A program made the position numbers and the translations under genes. Below are positions 15,616 through 24,408 of a stretch of 30,904 nucleotides of DNA, in pieces. Numbering within the stretch: position 1 is the first letter of the stretch; each line of letters begins with the position of its first letter. The notes under the pieces are model-generated. The model was not told the DNA's origin. It did no database searches and worked only from the letters and a program-made list of their open reading frames with translations. This stretch comes from Candidatus Saccharimonadota bacterium (GTDB lineage Bacteria > Patescibacteriota > Saccharimonadia > Saccharimonadales > JACDBH01), in assembly GCA_020428565.1 (NCBI GenBank), contig JAGQMT010000001.1, positions 1 to 30,904 of the forward strand, read 5' to 3'.

Positions 15616-15861
15616 TTAACTATCACTTCTCTTTTGACGCAGTACTTCTACCCATATTTCTAGTCTAACACCCGGACAATTGCCGTTCATACAAGCATCA
15701 AATAACGACCCCAACATTAAACGAGTTGATACAGTACTGAGATTATCAGGGTCACTGACCTGCTCGACAAAACAATCCTCTATCACTAAATTCAGTGGCA
15801 TGACGCAACTTTCAGCGTCACTTGTACAGTTTCGATTAACTTCAAAGATATCGTATTCCAT
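15616..15861 (-). CDS. Small Cys-containing hypothetical protein
   Basis: 81-aa ORF with 5 Cys filling the tsaD-valS gap on the same strand. Confidence 0.4.
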   Translation of the reverse strand: MEYDIFEVNRNCTSDAESCVMPLNLVIEDCFVEQVSDPDNLSTVSTRLMLGSLFDACMNGNCPGVRLEIWVEVLRQKRSDS

Positions 15862-15924
15862 ACCAATACCCTAAATCAATAGCTTAAAATCCGCAATCTT
15901 TCATATGAAAGTAATAGCTAATAA

Positions 15925-17001
15925 TTACATGGAGAGGTTTGGCTGGATGGCTAGTTTATAGGGGTCATCAGCTGGACGACCTCTAGTAGCCGTAAAAGCG
16001 GCCAAAGTAGCAATCATCGCACCATTGTCGGTCATAAGCTTGGCGTCCTGATAATGCACCTCTATTGGCAACCTGTCAGCTAACTGACGTCTAAGTTCTG
16101 GACTAGAAGCCACACCGCCGCCAATCACCACCGAAGCAGGTGAGTACTCATCAAAGGCCATTACCGTCTTATCTACGACAGTTTCTATCGCCACACGCTG
16201 AAATACGGCAGATATATCGGCCTTCTGAGCTTCGGAGAGGCTGTCTGGGAGCATTTTGGAGGGAAAGGTGAAGTCTTTACCGCACATCTCCTGAGCATGC
16301 CGTAGAACGGCTGTCTTGAGCCCAGAGAACGAAAAGTCATATTTACCTTCCATACGAGCCTTTGGCAAATTAAATGCAAAAGCATCACCATCTAGGGCTT
16401 TTTTACTAACCGATGGACCACCAGGGTAGGGCAAGCCTGTAATTTTGGCCACTTTGTCAAAAGCTTCACCGACAGCATCATCCTGAGTACGACCTAGCAA
16501 GGTATAATCAAAATGGTCACGCCATAGCACCAGCTGACTATGTCCACCACTGACAATCAACCCAAGCATAGGAAATACCGGCTGAGAATTAGGCAATGTG
16601 TAATCTGCAAGCAGTGGAGTAGACAGGGAATTGATAAAATTCGCATAAATATGACCTTCGACGTGATTGACTCCGTACAGAGGCTTATTTTTATTGATAG
16701 CCAGTGTCCTAGCCGTCATAACACCAACCAACAACGAGCCGCCCAAGCCAGCGCCTTTTGTCACAGCAATAGCCCCTATATCATCCCAATCAACTGACTG
16801 CACAGCTTCGTCGATCACCGGCATAATAGACTCTATGTGGCTCCGAGCAGCAATCTCTGGCACCACTCCCCCAAACTGCGCATGCAAATCCATGCTGCTG
16901 GCCACAACATTAGTAATCAGCCGGCAATTATCCGCACCATCAATCTCCACGACAGAAGCGGCCGTTTCATCGCAACTTGACTCTATCCCAAGTACTTTCA
17001 T
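15925..17001 (-). CDS. tsaD: tRNA N6-adenosine threonylcarbamoyltransferase TsaD
   Basis: VLGIESSCDET, GGVVPEIAARSH, HVEGH, VSGGHS, DDAVGEAFDK, FSFSGLKT, TDNGAMIA. Likely start ATG 17001 (TATAAT 7 nt upstream), not GTG 17022. Confidence 0.97.
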   Translation of the reverse strand: MKVLGIESSCDETAASVVEIDGADNCRLITNVVASSMDLHAQFGGVVPEIAARSHIESIMPVIDEAVQSVDWDDIGAIAVTKGAGLGGSLLVGVMTARTLAINKNKPLYGVNHVEGHIYANFINSLSTPLLADYTLPNSQPVFPMLGLIVSGGHSQLVLWRDHFDYTLLGRTQDDAVGEAFDKVAKITGLPYPGGPSVSKKALDGDAFAFNLPKARMEGKYDFSFSGLKTAVLRHAQEMCGKDFTFPSKMLPDSLSEAQKADISAVFQRVAIETVVDKTVMAFDEYSPASVVIGGGVASSPELRRQLADRLPIEVHYQDAKLMTDNGAMIATLAAFTATRGRPADDPYKLAIQPNLSM

Positions 17002-17071
17002 CGCTACAATTATACCAGACACTTTAGATGACAGATAGGCAAGGGCAGTGGTCTAGCGTATAGTATGTAGT

Positions 17072-18382
17072 ATGAATCCACGAAAAATCGTCAAAAAACT
17101 CTTTCCCAAGCAAGTGTTCCAAAAGATAGAGCCCTATGGTCACATGGCAGAGGCTATGATCGCCCAAGCAAAGTATCATTTTCCAGCCAAAAACATCAAC
17201 GTAGTAGGTATAACTGGTACAGATGGTAAAACCACCACCTGCAGTCTTGTTGCATCGGTTCTGAGGGCTGGCGGTTATAGAGTTGGTGTGCTTACGACCG
17301 CCTACATTGATTATGGCGATGGGCGAGGAGAGCAAACCAACATCACCAACCTAACCACTGGCAACGCTTTTGCTCTCAACAGAATCATCTCTCAGATGAG
17401 AGCCAACCAAGTCGACTGGATAGTACTAGAAACCTCCAGCCATGCTCTCAATCAACACCGTATATGGGGTATACCTATCACCATTGCTATCATGACTAAT
17501 ATGAGCCAAGAACACTTAGATTATCACGGCACATTTACCAACTACCAACGTGCCAAAGAGATACTATTCAAGATGTGCAATCGCAACAAACACGGCTTAC
17601 AAACAGGTGTTGTCAATGCCGATGATGCCACTGCTGACAGCTTTGCCAAAAGAATCAAAAACTCAATCTCATATGGCATCAACAAGGGTGAGCTACGTGC
17701 CCAGGATCTCATAACCGACCTAAACGGCAACAGATTTAACGTGAAGACCGATAAACTCGACCATGCTTTTAGCACTCATCTTTTGGGTAGATTCAACACC
17801 TACAACGCACTATCCGCCATCGCCACAGGCAAAGTCTTAGGCCTTAGTCCAGAAGTTATACAGAGAGGACTTGATACCGTACAGAGCGTAGAAGGGCGCA
17901 TGATGCCACTAGATGTTGGTCAACCCTACAAAGTACTCATAGACTACGCCGTAACACCGGGGGCTTTAGAAAGCGTTCTTGGCACAATACGCGACATAGC
18001 AGGCAAGGGAAAGGTTCATATAGTCTTTGGGGCTACAGGTGATAGAGACAAGACCAAACGCCCCGCCATGGGAGAGGTTACCTCAAGACTAGCCGATAAA
18101 GTCTACCTTACAGATGACGAAACATACACAGAAGATGCCAGTAGTATCCAAAGCCAAGTATTATCTGGTGCATCAACCAAGAATAAACACAAAATTATCC
18201 AATTTGATGACCGCCAAGATGCCATTGCCAGTGCTATATCCAGCGCCAGAGCAGGGGATATAATCGTAATTTCTGGCATAGGTCATCAAACAACTCGAAA
18301 TATGGGTGGCAAGAAGATCAAATGGAGCGACTTAGAAATCACCAAACAACTCCTTCAAAAATCCCTTGAATCCAAAGCATAA
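17072..18382 (+). CDS. murE: UDP-N-acetylmuramoyl-tripeptide synthetase (MurE-type ligase)
   Basis: ITGTDGKTTT, LETSSHAL, TNMSQEHLDYHG, EGRM, DYA.TP.AL, FGATGDRD.TKRP.MG. Confidence 0.9.
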   Translation: MNPRKIVKKLFPKQVFQKIEPYGHMAEAMIAQAKYHFPAKNINVVGITGTDGKTTTCSLVASVLRAGGYRVGVLTTAYIDYGDGRGEQTNITNLTTGNAFALNRIISQMRANQVDWIVLETSSHALNQHRIWGIPITIAIMTNMSQEHLDYHGTFTNYQRAKEILFKMCNRNKHGLQTGVVNADDATADSFAKRIKNSISYGINKGELRAQDLITDLNGNRFNVKTDKLDHAFSTHLLGRFNTYNALSAIATGKVLGLSPEVIQRGLDTVQSVEGRMMPLDVGQPYKVLIDYAVTPGALESVLGTIRDIAGKGKVHIVFGATGDRDKTKRPAMGEVTSRLADKVYLTDDETYTEDASSIQSQVLSGASTKNKHKIIQFDDRQDAIASAISSARAGDIIVISGIGHQTTRNMGGKKIKWSDLEITKQLLQKSLESKA

Positions 18383-18439
18383 GGTATAAAGTATAATCAA
18401 TAACCTAATTATAAAATATAAATAAGTTAAATAGTTGCA

Positions 18440-18494
18440 AAAAGAAAATATGCGTTGTTTTATCTACTAGGAAATCTAGGATTAAACAACGCAT
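18440..18494 (-). terminator. Probable intrinsic terminator of cassette C
   Basis: 11-bp stem ATGCGTTGTTT (18450-18460)/AAACAACGCAT (18484-18494), followed on the - strand by ATTTTCTTTT. Confidence 0.6.
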
Positions 18495-18640
18495 CTTACG
18501 TCAATATTGGCTGAGACAGATCCAATCAAACATAGATATCTTCGCTGAAGGGGCACCTTTGTGTGCAATACATTGCGGTCGACGCCGTTGGCGACACACA
18601 AAAAAATACACAAAGGTAGCCCTCCCCCCAGCGATCTTGA

Positions 18641-19018
18641 CTACTTACGTCGTGATTGAGCGACGTTCTTGTAACGAGGCTTTTGCTTCGCTACGCCCAC
18701 ACCAGCAGGGTGCGCCTGACGCGAACGCTGACTCTCGCGATACAGAGTGGTCGCGAAATCGCATGCAGCCGCAATAACGTTGTAGCATTTCTCACTATCA
18801 CTCCCGACAGGAAAGCTGAAGTACACCTCCCCACAAACCATGACCTCCACGGTCACGCCAGTGCGTCGCTGACAACGAACAACTGCATCAGGAATGAATT
18901 CCTTCACCCCCAGGACACCTTTGTCCTCGATGGATACGTGCACACGATTGTGAAGGACATAGCCCACAATCGGGATCAGTCGCCCTTGAGCAACGATGTT
19001 TTTGTTAATATCTTGCAT
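18641..19018 (-). CDS. Hypothetical protein with hairpin-rich coding sequence (cassette C)
   Basis: SD AAGGAG (19028-19023) before ATG 19018 gives 125 aa, MQDINKNIVAQGRLIPIVGY... The longer track ORF runs through the promoter region. Confidence 0.6.
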   Translation of the reverse strand: MQDINKNIVAQGRLIPIVGYVLHNRVHVSIEDKGVLGVKEFIPDAVVRCQRRTGVTVEVMVCGEVYFSFPVGSDSEKCYNVIAAACDFATTLYRESQRSRQAHPAGVGVAKQKPRYKNVAQSRRK

Positions 19019-19132
19019 CACTCTCCTTAAGAGTGTTTGTCTGCCAATATGACCATAACATTCAATCATATTTATACTAAAAAAGCAACCTTTATCATCA
19101 AAATATAAATTATATGGTATAATACACATACA

Positions 19133-19738
19133 ATGTCAAGCTACGAACGATCGAATCCAGAAAATCCAACCGATGCAGAAATTTTCCATGAACTAATGCA
19201 AGAAGCCAAATTTTTAGTCGACGGCGCAGTACATGAATCCGCTAGGCACAAATACGACCAACGAATCCCCGAAGATAACATAAAAGAGACCGTCGTGGAA
19301 TACCTAGGTATTGATAATATGCTAATCTCTGACTTACTGCTACTAGAGACTCTCGTAACTCAACACGGTCGCAAAACAGAAGGCAACGAAGCCATACACG
19401 TCTATGCCGTCCCTCTTCTACACTCTGATGCTGTCAAATCAGAGGTCGTAGATAGATATCACCAAAACAGAGAAGAAGAATTATACAACCAACAAACTTT
19501 CTATATTGAACACATCCTACCTAATAAGATGGGTTCGATATATAGCAGAATAGATTACAATGGGCTTTATCCGTTACAGCCAGTTGGCAATGAAGAATCT
19601 CAACCAGCAAAGGATCCAGACAGCTTCACGGTTGATACGATAATCAACACCCGTCAACAAGCCCCACCAATAGACACCAACTACGCCAGAGAGCTACTAG
19701 ACAAGCTCCGTGATTGGCCAATGACACCCCTCAACTAG
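19133..19738 (+). CDS. Hypothetical protein
   Basis: 201-aa ORF. TGg-TATAAT 9 nt upstream. Confidence 0.7.
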   Translation: MSSYERSNPENPTDAEIFHELMQEAKFLVDGAVHESARHKYDQRIPEDNIKETVVEYLGIDNMLISDLLLLETLVTQHGRKTEGNEAIHVYAVPLLHSDAVKSEVVDRYHQNREEELYNQQTFYIEHILPNKMGSIYSRIDYNGLYPLQPVGNEESQPAKDPDSFTVDTIINTRQQAPPIDTNYARELLDKLRDWPMTPLN

Positions 19739-19754
19739 ATAAATCAAAAAACTC

Positions 19755-19792
19755 TTGACCAAAAATTAGCACTCACGTATCATGAGTGCTGA
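19755..19792 (+). promoter_or_regulatory. groESL promoter overlapped by a CIRCE (HrcA operator)
   Basis: TTGACC-17-TATCAT. TTAGCACTC-N9-GAGTGCTGA at 19766-19792, one mismatch to the CIRCE consensus. Confidence 0.9.
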
Positions 19793-19852
19793 AACATTGA
19801 TGTTATTTGCGAGAAATATCAATGTCCAGACATTAAAAGGAGGATTTATTTT

Positions 19853-20128
19853 ATGAGCGTTCCCATCAACCCACTGCGCGACTATGTAGTATGTGTCCGT
19901 GAAGAGAAGAAAGAGCTAAAAACCAAGAGTGGATTACTAATAGCTCCGACCGTATCTGATGAAGACACCACCCTCAAGGTCGTAGCCGTCGGTAAAGACG
20001 TCAAACAAGTCAAAGAAGGTGATCGAATTATTGCCAAAAGCTACTCACAAACAGATGCCAAACTAGAGTTTGGCGGTGAGCAATATCAGCTTCTCAAAGA
20101 AGAAGACATTTTAGCAACCGTCAAATAG
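19853..20128 (+). CDS. groES: Co-chaperonin GroES
   Basis: PLRDYV...TKSGLLI...VVAVG...VKEGD...KEEDILA. SD AAGGAGG. Confidence 0.93.
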   Translation: MSVPINPLRDYVVCVREEKKELKTKSGLLIAPTVSDEDTTLKVVAVGKDVKQVKEGDRIIAKSYSQTDAKLEFGGEQYQLLKEEDILATVK

Positions 20129-20167
20129 CAGACCAATAACCATAATAACCCTACAGAAAGGAATCAA

Positions 20168-21817
20168 ATGAGTAAGAAAGTTTTTTATGATGAAGATGCC
20201 CGTAGAAGAGTACTAGAGGGTGCACGTATACTCTATGAAGCAGTCAAGACAACCATGGGACCAAAAGGTCGCAATGTCGTCATTAGCAAGGCCTACGGCG
20301 CTCCAACCGTTACCCACGATGGAGTTACGGTGGCTAAGGGTGTAGATATAGCTGATGTGGACGACGAAACACTAGGCTACAAAGTCGGTGCCGAGCTAAT
20401 CAAGCAAGCCGCCAACAAAATGAATGATGTTGCCGGAGACGGTACTACAACAGTGACCGTATTGACCTATCACATCCTCAGTGAAGCCAACAAGCTTATT
20501 GCCGCCGGTCACAACCCAATGTTATTACGCAAAGGACTAGAGGCAGCTGCCCAAGACATAATCAAGAAGCTTGACAGCGTCAAAGAAGATATTGCAGGCG
20601 ATTCAAAGCGTGTAGCCGAAGTTGCCACCATATCTGCTGGCGATGCCGAAATTGGCAAGTTAATCGCCGATGTAATAGAAAAAGTCGGCAAAGACGGTGT
20701 AGTAACAGTCGAAGAAGGTCAAGGATTAGCCCTAGAAAGCGAAGTTGTAGAAGGCTTCACGTTCGACCGTGGCTTCCTCAGTCCATACATGGTGTCAGAT
20801 ACTGCTCGTATGGAGGCCGTTATCGACAAGCCCCATATTATCGTCACCGAAAAGAAAATCAGTTCACTCCAGGAATTTTTGCCTGTACTCGAAAAAATTG
20901 CACAAACTGGCAAAAAAGAAATCCTCATCATTGCCGAAGACATAGAAGGCGAAGCTCTAGCCACGCTCGTTCTTAACAAACTTAAGGGCGTTCTAAATGT
21001 TGTCGCCGTCAAAGCACCATCATTTGGTGATCGACGCAAAGATATCCTACAAGACATTGCTATCCTAACTGGTGGTACTTATATCGATGCCGATCAACCA
21101 TTTGAAAACGTCGACCTATCCGACATCGGATCAGCTCGCAAAGTAATCGTTACCAAAGACGAGACCACCATTATCGAAGGAGCTGGTTCAGTTGCCGAAG
21201 TAACAAATCGTATCGCCCAAATCACTACACAGATAGCCAACACCACTTCTGAATACGACAAAGAAAACTACGAGAAGCGCAGAGCCGCCCTTAACGGTAA
21301 GGTTGCTGTTATCAAAGTAGGCGGTGCAACAGAAACCGAAATCGAAGAAGAGAAGTTCCGTGTCGACGATGCTGTCGCAGCCGTCAAGGCAGCCCTAGAT
21401 GAAGGTATCGTACCTGGTGGTGGTGTCACACTCATTAACGTATCAAGCGCAATTAAGTCCGACGATAAAAACGACCCAACTATCGAAGCTGGCAAAAAAC
21501 TACTCGTCAACGCCTTGGAGCAACCGTTTAGAGTGCTCATGACCAACGCCGGTCTCAATGCCGATGAATGGTTACCACAGGTCAAAAAGGCCAAGGTAGG
21601 GCAGGGCGTCAACGTTAATGACCCAACCAAACTAGTCGACCTAAAGGCCACGGGTGTAGTTGACCCAGCCAGAGTAACCAAAGAAGCTGTCCAAAACGCC
21701 TCCAGCATCGCAGGAACGGCCATAACTATGGGCGCACTAGTAGTCGATGTCCCAGAGGCCGAGCCAGTTGCTGCCGGCGGCATGGGTGGCGGTATGCCCG
21801 GCATGGGTATGATGTAA
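20168..21817 (+). CDS. groEL: Chaperonin GroEL
   Basis: TMGPKGRNV, DGTTT, KAPSFGDRRK, EGIVPGGG and a GGM tail. Confidence 0.98.
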   Translation: MSKKVFYDEDARRRVLEGARILYEAVKTTMGPKGRNVVISKAYGAPTVTHDGVTVAKGVDIADVDDETLGYKVGAELIKQAANKMNDVAGDGTTTVTVLTYHILSEANKLIAAGHNPMLLRKGLEAAAQDIIKKLDSVKEDIAGDSKRVAEVATISAGDAEIGKLIADVIEKVGKDGVVTVEEGQGLALESEVVEGFTFDRGFLSPYMVSDTARMEAVIDKPHIIVTEKKISSLQEFLPVLEKIAQTGKKEILIIAEDIEGEALATLVLNKLKGVLNVVAVKAPSFGDRRKDILQDIAILTGGTYIDADQPFENVDLSDIGSARKVIVTKDETTIIEGAGSVAEVTNRIAQITTQIANTTSEYDKENYEKRRAALNGKVAVIKVGGATETEIEEEKFRVDDAVAAVKAALDEGIVPGGGVTLINVSSAIKSDDKNDPTIEAGKKLLVNALEQPFRVLMTNAGLNADEWLPQVKKAKVGQGVNVNDPTKLVDLKATGVVDPARVTKEAVQNASSIAGTAITMGALVVDVPEAEPVAAGGMGGGMPGMGMM

Positions 21818-21875
21818 GCCGTAGTCAGCTAACAATCACCCACCAAAGACATACCAAAATCATCACGCAACAATA

Positions 21876-21906
21876 AAAACACCGCCTCATTCCGGGGCGG
21901 TGTTTT
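21876..21906. terminator. Bidirectional intrinsic terminator
   Basis: AAAACACCGCC...GGCGGTGTTTT between convergent genes. Confidence 0.85.
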
Positions 21907-21940
21907 AGGATGTGCGGACCTCTCAATTTATAAAAACGAT

Positions 21941-22228
21941 TTAGGAACGCGCGCCGTTACCACCACCGCCATACTCATTACTATTGCCGTCAGTTACTTC
22001 ATTACCAACCTTCAAGACACCATTAGCATCGGTGAAAGGAGATTGTCTCACTATAGCCTCTACAGCTTCGGACCTTGCCCTTAAGTCTTCTTGCTTCATT
22101 TCTTCCAAAGTATCCAAATCCGCCTGTGAAGCATCTTCACTCAACTCTTCATATACCTCCTGTGTCTCAGGAGGTAGGTCAGGTCCGAATTCCTCGTGAG
22201 ATGGTAGTTGTAATAATTCTTTTTGCAT
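21941..22228 (-). CDS. Small acidic hypothetical protein
   Basis: 95 aa, AAGGA SD and a consensus promoter upstream. Confidence 0.7.
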   Translation of the reverse strand: MQKELLQLPSHEEFGPDLPPETQEVYEELSEDASQADLDTLEEMKQEDLRARSEAVEAIVRQSPFTDANGVLKVGNEVTDGNSNEYGGGGNGARS

Positions 22229-22282
22229 TGTTTATATTCCTTTTTATTTGTTGATTGTTTAATTTTTATAATTAACATCTGT

Positions 22283-22311
22283 ATTATAGCAAAATATATA
22301 CATTTTGTCAA
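22283..22311 (-). promoter_or_regulatory. Consensus sigma70 promoter
   Basis: TTGACA, 17 bp, TGc-TATAAT. Confidence 0.8.
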
Positions 22312-22325
22312 TAATAACGTAATAA

Positions 22326-22589
22326 TTAATAGTCGCTAGTTCTGTTCTTTATCTCTGCATCGCCCAAGGTCAAAATAAGAGACCCGAGGAGATTGTTCAT
22401 GGTCATAATCCTCTCAGCATCTTGCGCTACACTCGGCTGATTTAGGAGCTCAAGACTAACCAATACGCCATTCTCGAAGTAATCTCTATCGAACTTGCGC
22501 TTGAGCTCTTCTAGTTCATCGCTCCGCTCGACCAACCAAGTACGAATCTTGTGGCCATCATAGTCATTTGGTTGTAAGTACTCACTCAT
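22326..22589 (-). CDS. Small hypothetical protein
   Basis: 87 aa. TGa-TATAAT 8 nt upstream of the ATG. Confidence 0.65.
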   Translation of the reverse strand: MSEYLQPNDYDGHKIRTWLVERSDELEELKRKFDRDYFENGVLVSLELLNQPSVAQDAERIMTMNNLLGSLILTLGDAEIKNRTSDY

Positions 22590-22653
22590 TATTAAGTATT
22601 ATATCATAGTAGTTGTGAAAAAGCAAAGGCTTTATTGGTTTTTGTCAATTTTG

Positions 22654-22682
22654 TTGCCAATAGTGCCAAAATGTAGTAGAAT
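22654..22682 (+). promoter_or_regulatory. Sigma70-type promoter
   Basis: TTGCCA, 17 bp, TAGAAT. Confidence 0.6.
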
Positions 22683-22716
22683 GTACATAAGTAGAGTTTT
22701 AGGAGTTATCATATCA

Positions 22717-23316
22717 ATGGGATTATTTAATCGCAAACGTACTAATTCATCAGTATTACCAGAGCTAGATCAGTATTATGACGGTCAAAAACGTGACAAA
22801 ACGGGCCTAGCATGGTTACTAGCGGCTATTTCTGTAGCTATAGTTGTATTGTTTTTTATAATTCTATTCCTTGCAGGCAAATGGGCTTATCGAGAACTCA
22901 CAGGTGCCAACGACAATACGGGGGAGTCAAGTCAAGTAGCAGACTCGAACTCTGACGAGTCGCTTAGCTTCGATGGCCTATCTACAAACAACACCACAGA
23001 CAGTGATAATGGTGATAATGCGGACGATACAGCAGATGCAGATGACACCAACTCGTCACAGGATGGCGATACCACCTCAGAAGACACCAGCGATCAATCA
23101 ACTACGGATGAAGAGTTAGAACCAGAGGGCCGAGTAGATGCACCAGCTAGCACTACTACACCCAGTGGTCCAAACACCCCTTATGTCCCGATCACAGGCG
23201 ATAACGAAGCATTGCCAAATACGGGTGCAGAGGGCATTCTAGCTTTGTTTATAGTAGCCTCGACTATAGCAGGTTGCACACATTACGTTTTGAGCACAAA
23301 AAACAATCGTCTCTAG
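22717..23316 (+). CDS. Surface protein with N-terminal TM, acidic low-complexity linker and C-terminal LPxTG sorting signal
   Basis: Likely start MGLFNRK (AGGAG upstream). TM LAWLLAAISVAIVVLFFIILFLAG, D/T/S-rich linker, then LPNTG, a hydrophobic segment and a KNNR tail. Confidence 0.8.
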   Translation: MGLFNRKRTNSSVLPELDQYYDGQKRDKTGLAWLLAAISVAIVVLFFIILFLAGKWAYRELTGANDNTGESSQVADSNSDESLSFDGLSTNNTTDSDNGDNADDTADADDTNSSQDGDTTSEDTSDQSTTDEELEPEGRVDAPASTTTPSGPNTPYVPITGDNEALPNTGAEGILALFIVASTIAGCTHYVLSTKNNRL

Positions 23317-23418
23317 CACTACAGAAACCATCAATCTATCTGTTTACCGACCAAAACCTCAAAATAACACCTTTTGAAGGCAATATTAACTGCAGTTTGC
23401 CAATGAATAATAGTATGG

Positions 23419-24318
23419 CTAACCGTGTTGAGTCAGATAGTTAATCTCGTTGATGATATCGAGTAAAGCCTGAGCCTTGGCTTTTTCGTCGGCGATATTC
23501 TGAGCAGCTTCATAAGCTTCTTTGATAAGTGACTTATCTTCTGTAGACTGCAGAAGCATCATAGTAGTATGAAACTTTTCTTCTGGAGTTTGTTCCAACA
23601 GGCTAATTAACGGTGATAGCTGTTGTAAGGCTTGATCCTTGATGCTGGTAATATCGTCCGTGGAGCTATCGATACCTAAGCTAGAGCTAGGCGTTGCTAA
23701 AACTGGACTGGAACTAAAATCAGAAGACGCAGAGGTCTCAGAACCAAAATTAGCTAGCGCGCTAGTAGCAAGCTCGATACTTTCCGAATCGGCAGTATCC
23801 TCGCTGTCCGTAGAGGAAACTTGTGCAATATCTTCAACAGCATCGCCACTATCTGAGGCTAGCACCGGAACATCAGATGTAACTACATCGTTGTTTGTCG
23901 TAGTTTTTTTAGCGTAATCATATGAGGCATCAATAGTGGTATCCTGAACAACATCTGCCTGCTCATCAACAATTGTAGTCGTAACAGTATCTGGGGCATC
24001 TGTTGACTTCACAGGGCCTTGAGTCGACTCAACGTCGATAATATCGGATTCAGGCAGATCTGGAGCCGATGTAGGCACAGAACTAGGGATATTTATAACA
24101 GGTGACACAGATTCGTTGGTAGTACTGGGCGTAACATCTACTACAGGCAGATCTGGTTGAGGAGTTGCTGTTGATGCGCCTAAATCAGTTGCGACCAACT
24201 GCTGGTCGGTGCTGTCATCGCTACCAAAAATAGAAGGAGACGCACCCGCTACACCGGCATCGGGATGAATCGTACTCGTACTATTGTCATCATGTTGCTT
24301 GTTATTGAATATTCCCAC
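23419..24318 (-). CDS. Hypothetical protein: long disordered acidic S/T/D/P region plus a C-terminal helical domain
   Basis: 299 aa. GGAGG SD before the GTG. Low-complexity for about 220 aa, then amphipathic helices. Confidence 0.75.
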   Translation of the reverse strand: MGIFNNKQHDDNSTSTIHPDAGVAGASPSIFGSDDSTDQQLVATDLGASTATPQPDLPVVDVTPSTTNESVSPVINIPSSVPTSAPDLPESDIIDVESTQGPVKSTDAPDTVTTTIVDEQADVVQDTTIDASYDYAKKTTTNNDVVTSDVPVLASDSGDAVEDIAQVSSTDSEDTADSESIELATSALANFGSETSASSDFSSSPVLATPSSSLGIDSSTDDITSIKDQALQQLSPLISLLEQTPEEKFHTTMMLLQSTEDKSLIKEAYEAAQNIADEKAKAQALLDIINEINYLTQHG

Positions 24319-24408
24319 CTCTGTCCACCTCCAAGGATGTTTTATGTAATTAACGATTTACTTTATAATAACATAAGCTTTTAAAATAGTAGAGGAATTT
24401 ATCAAAAA

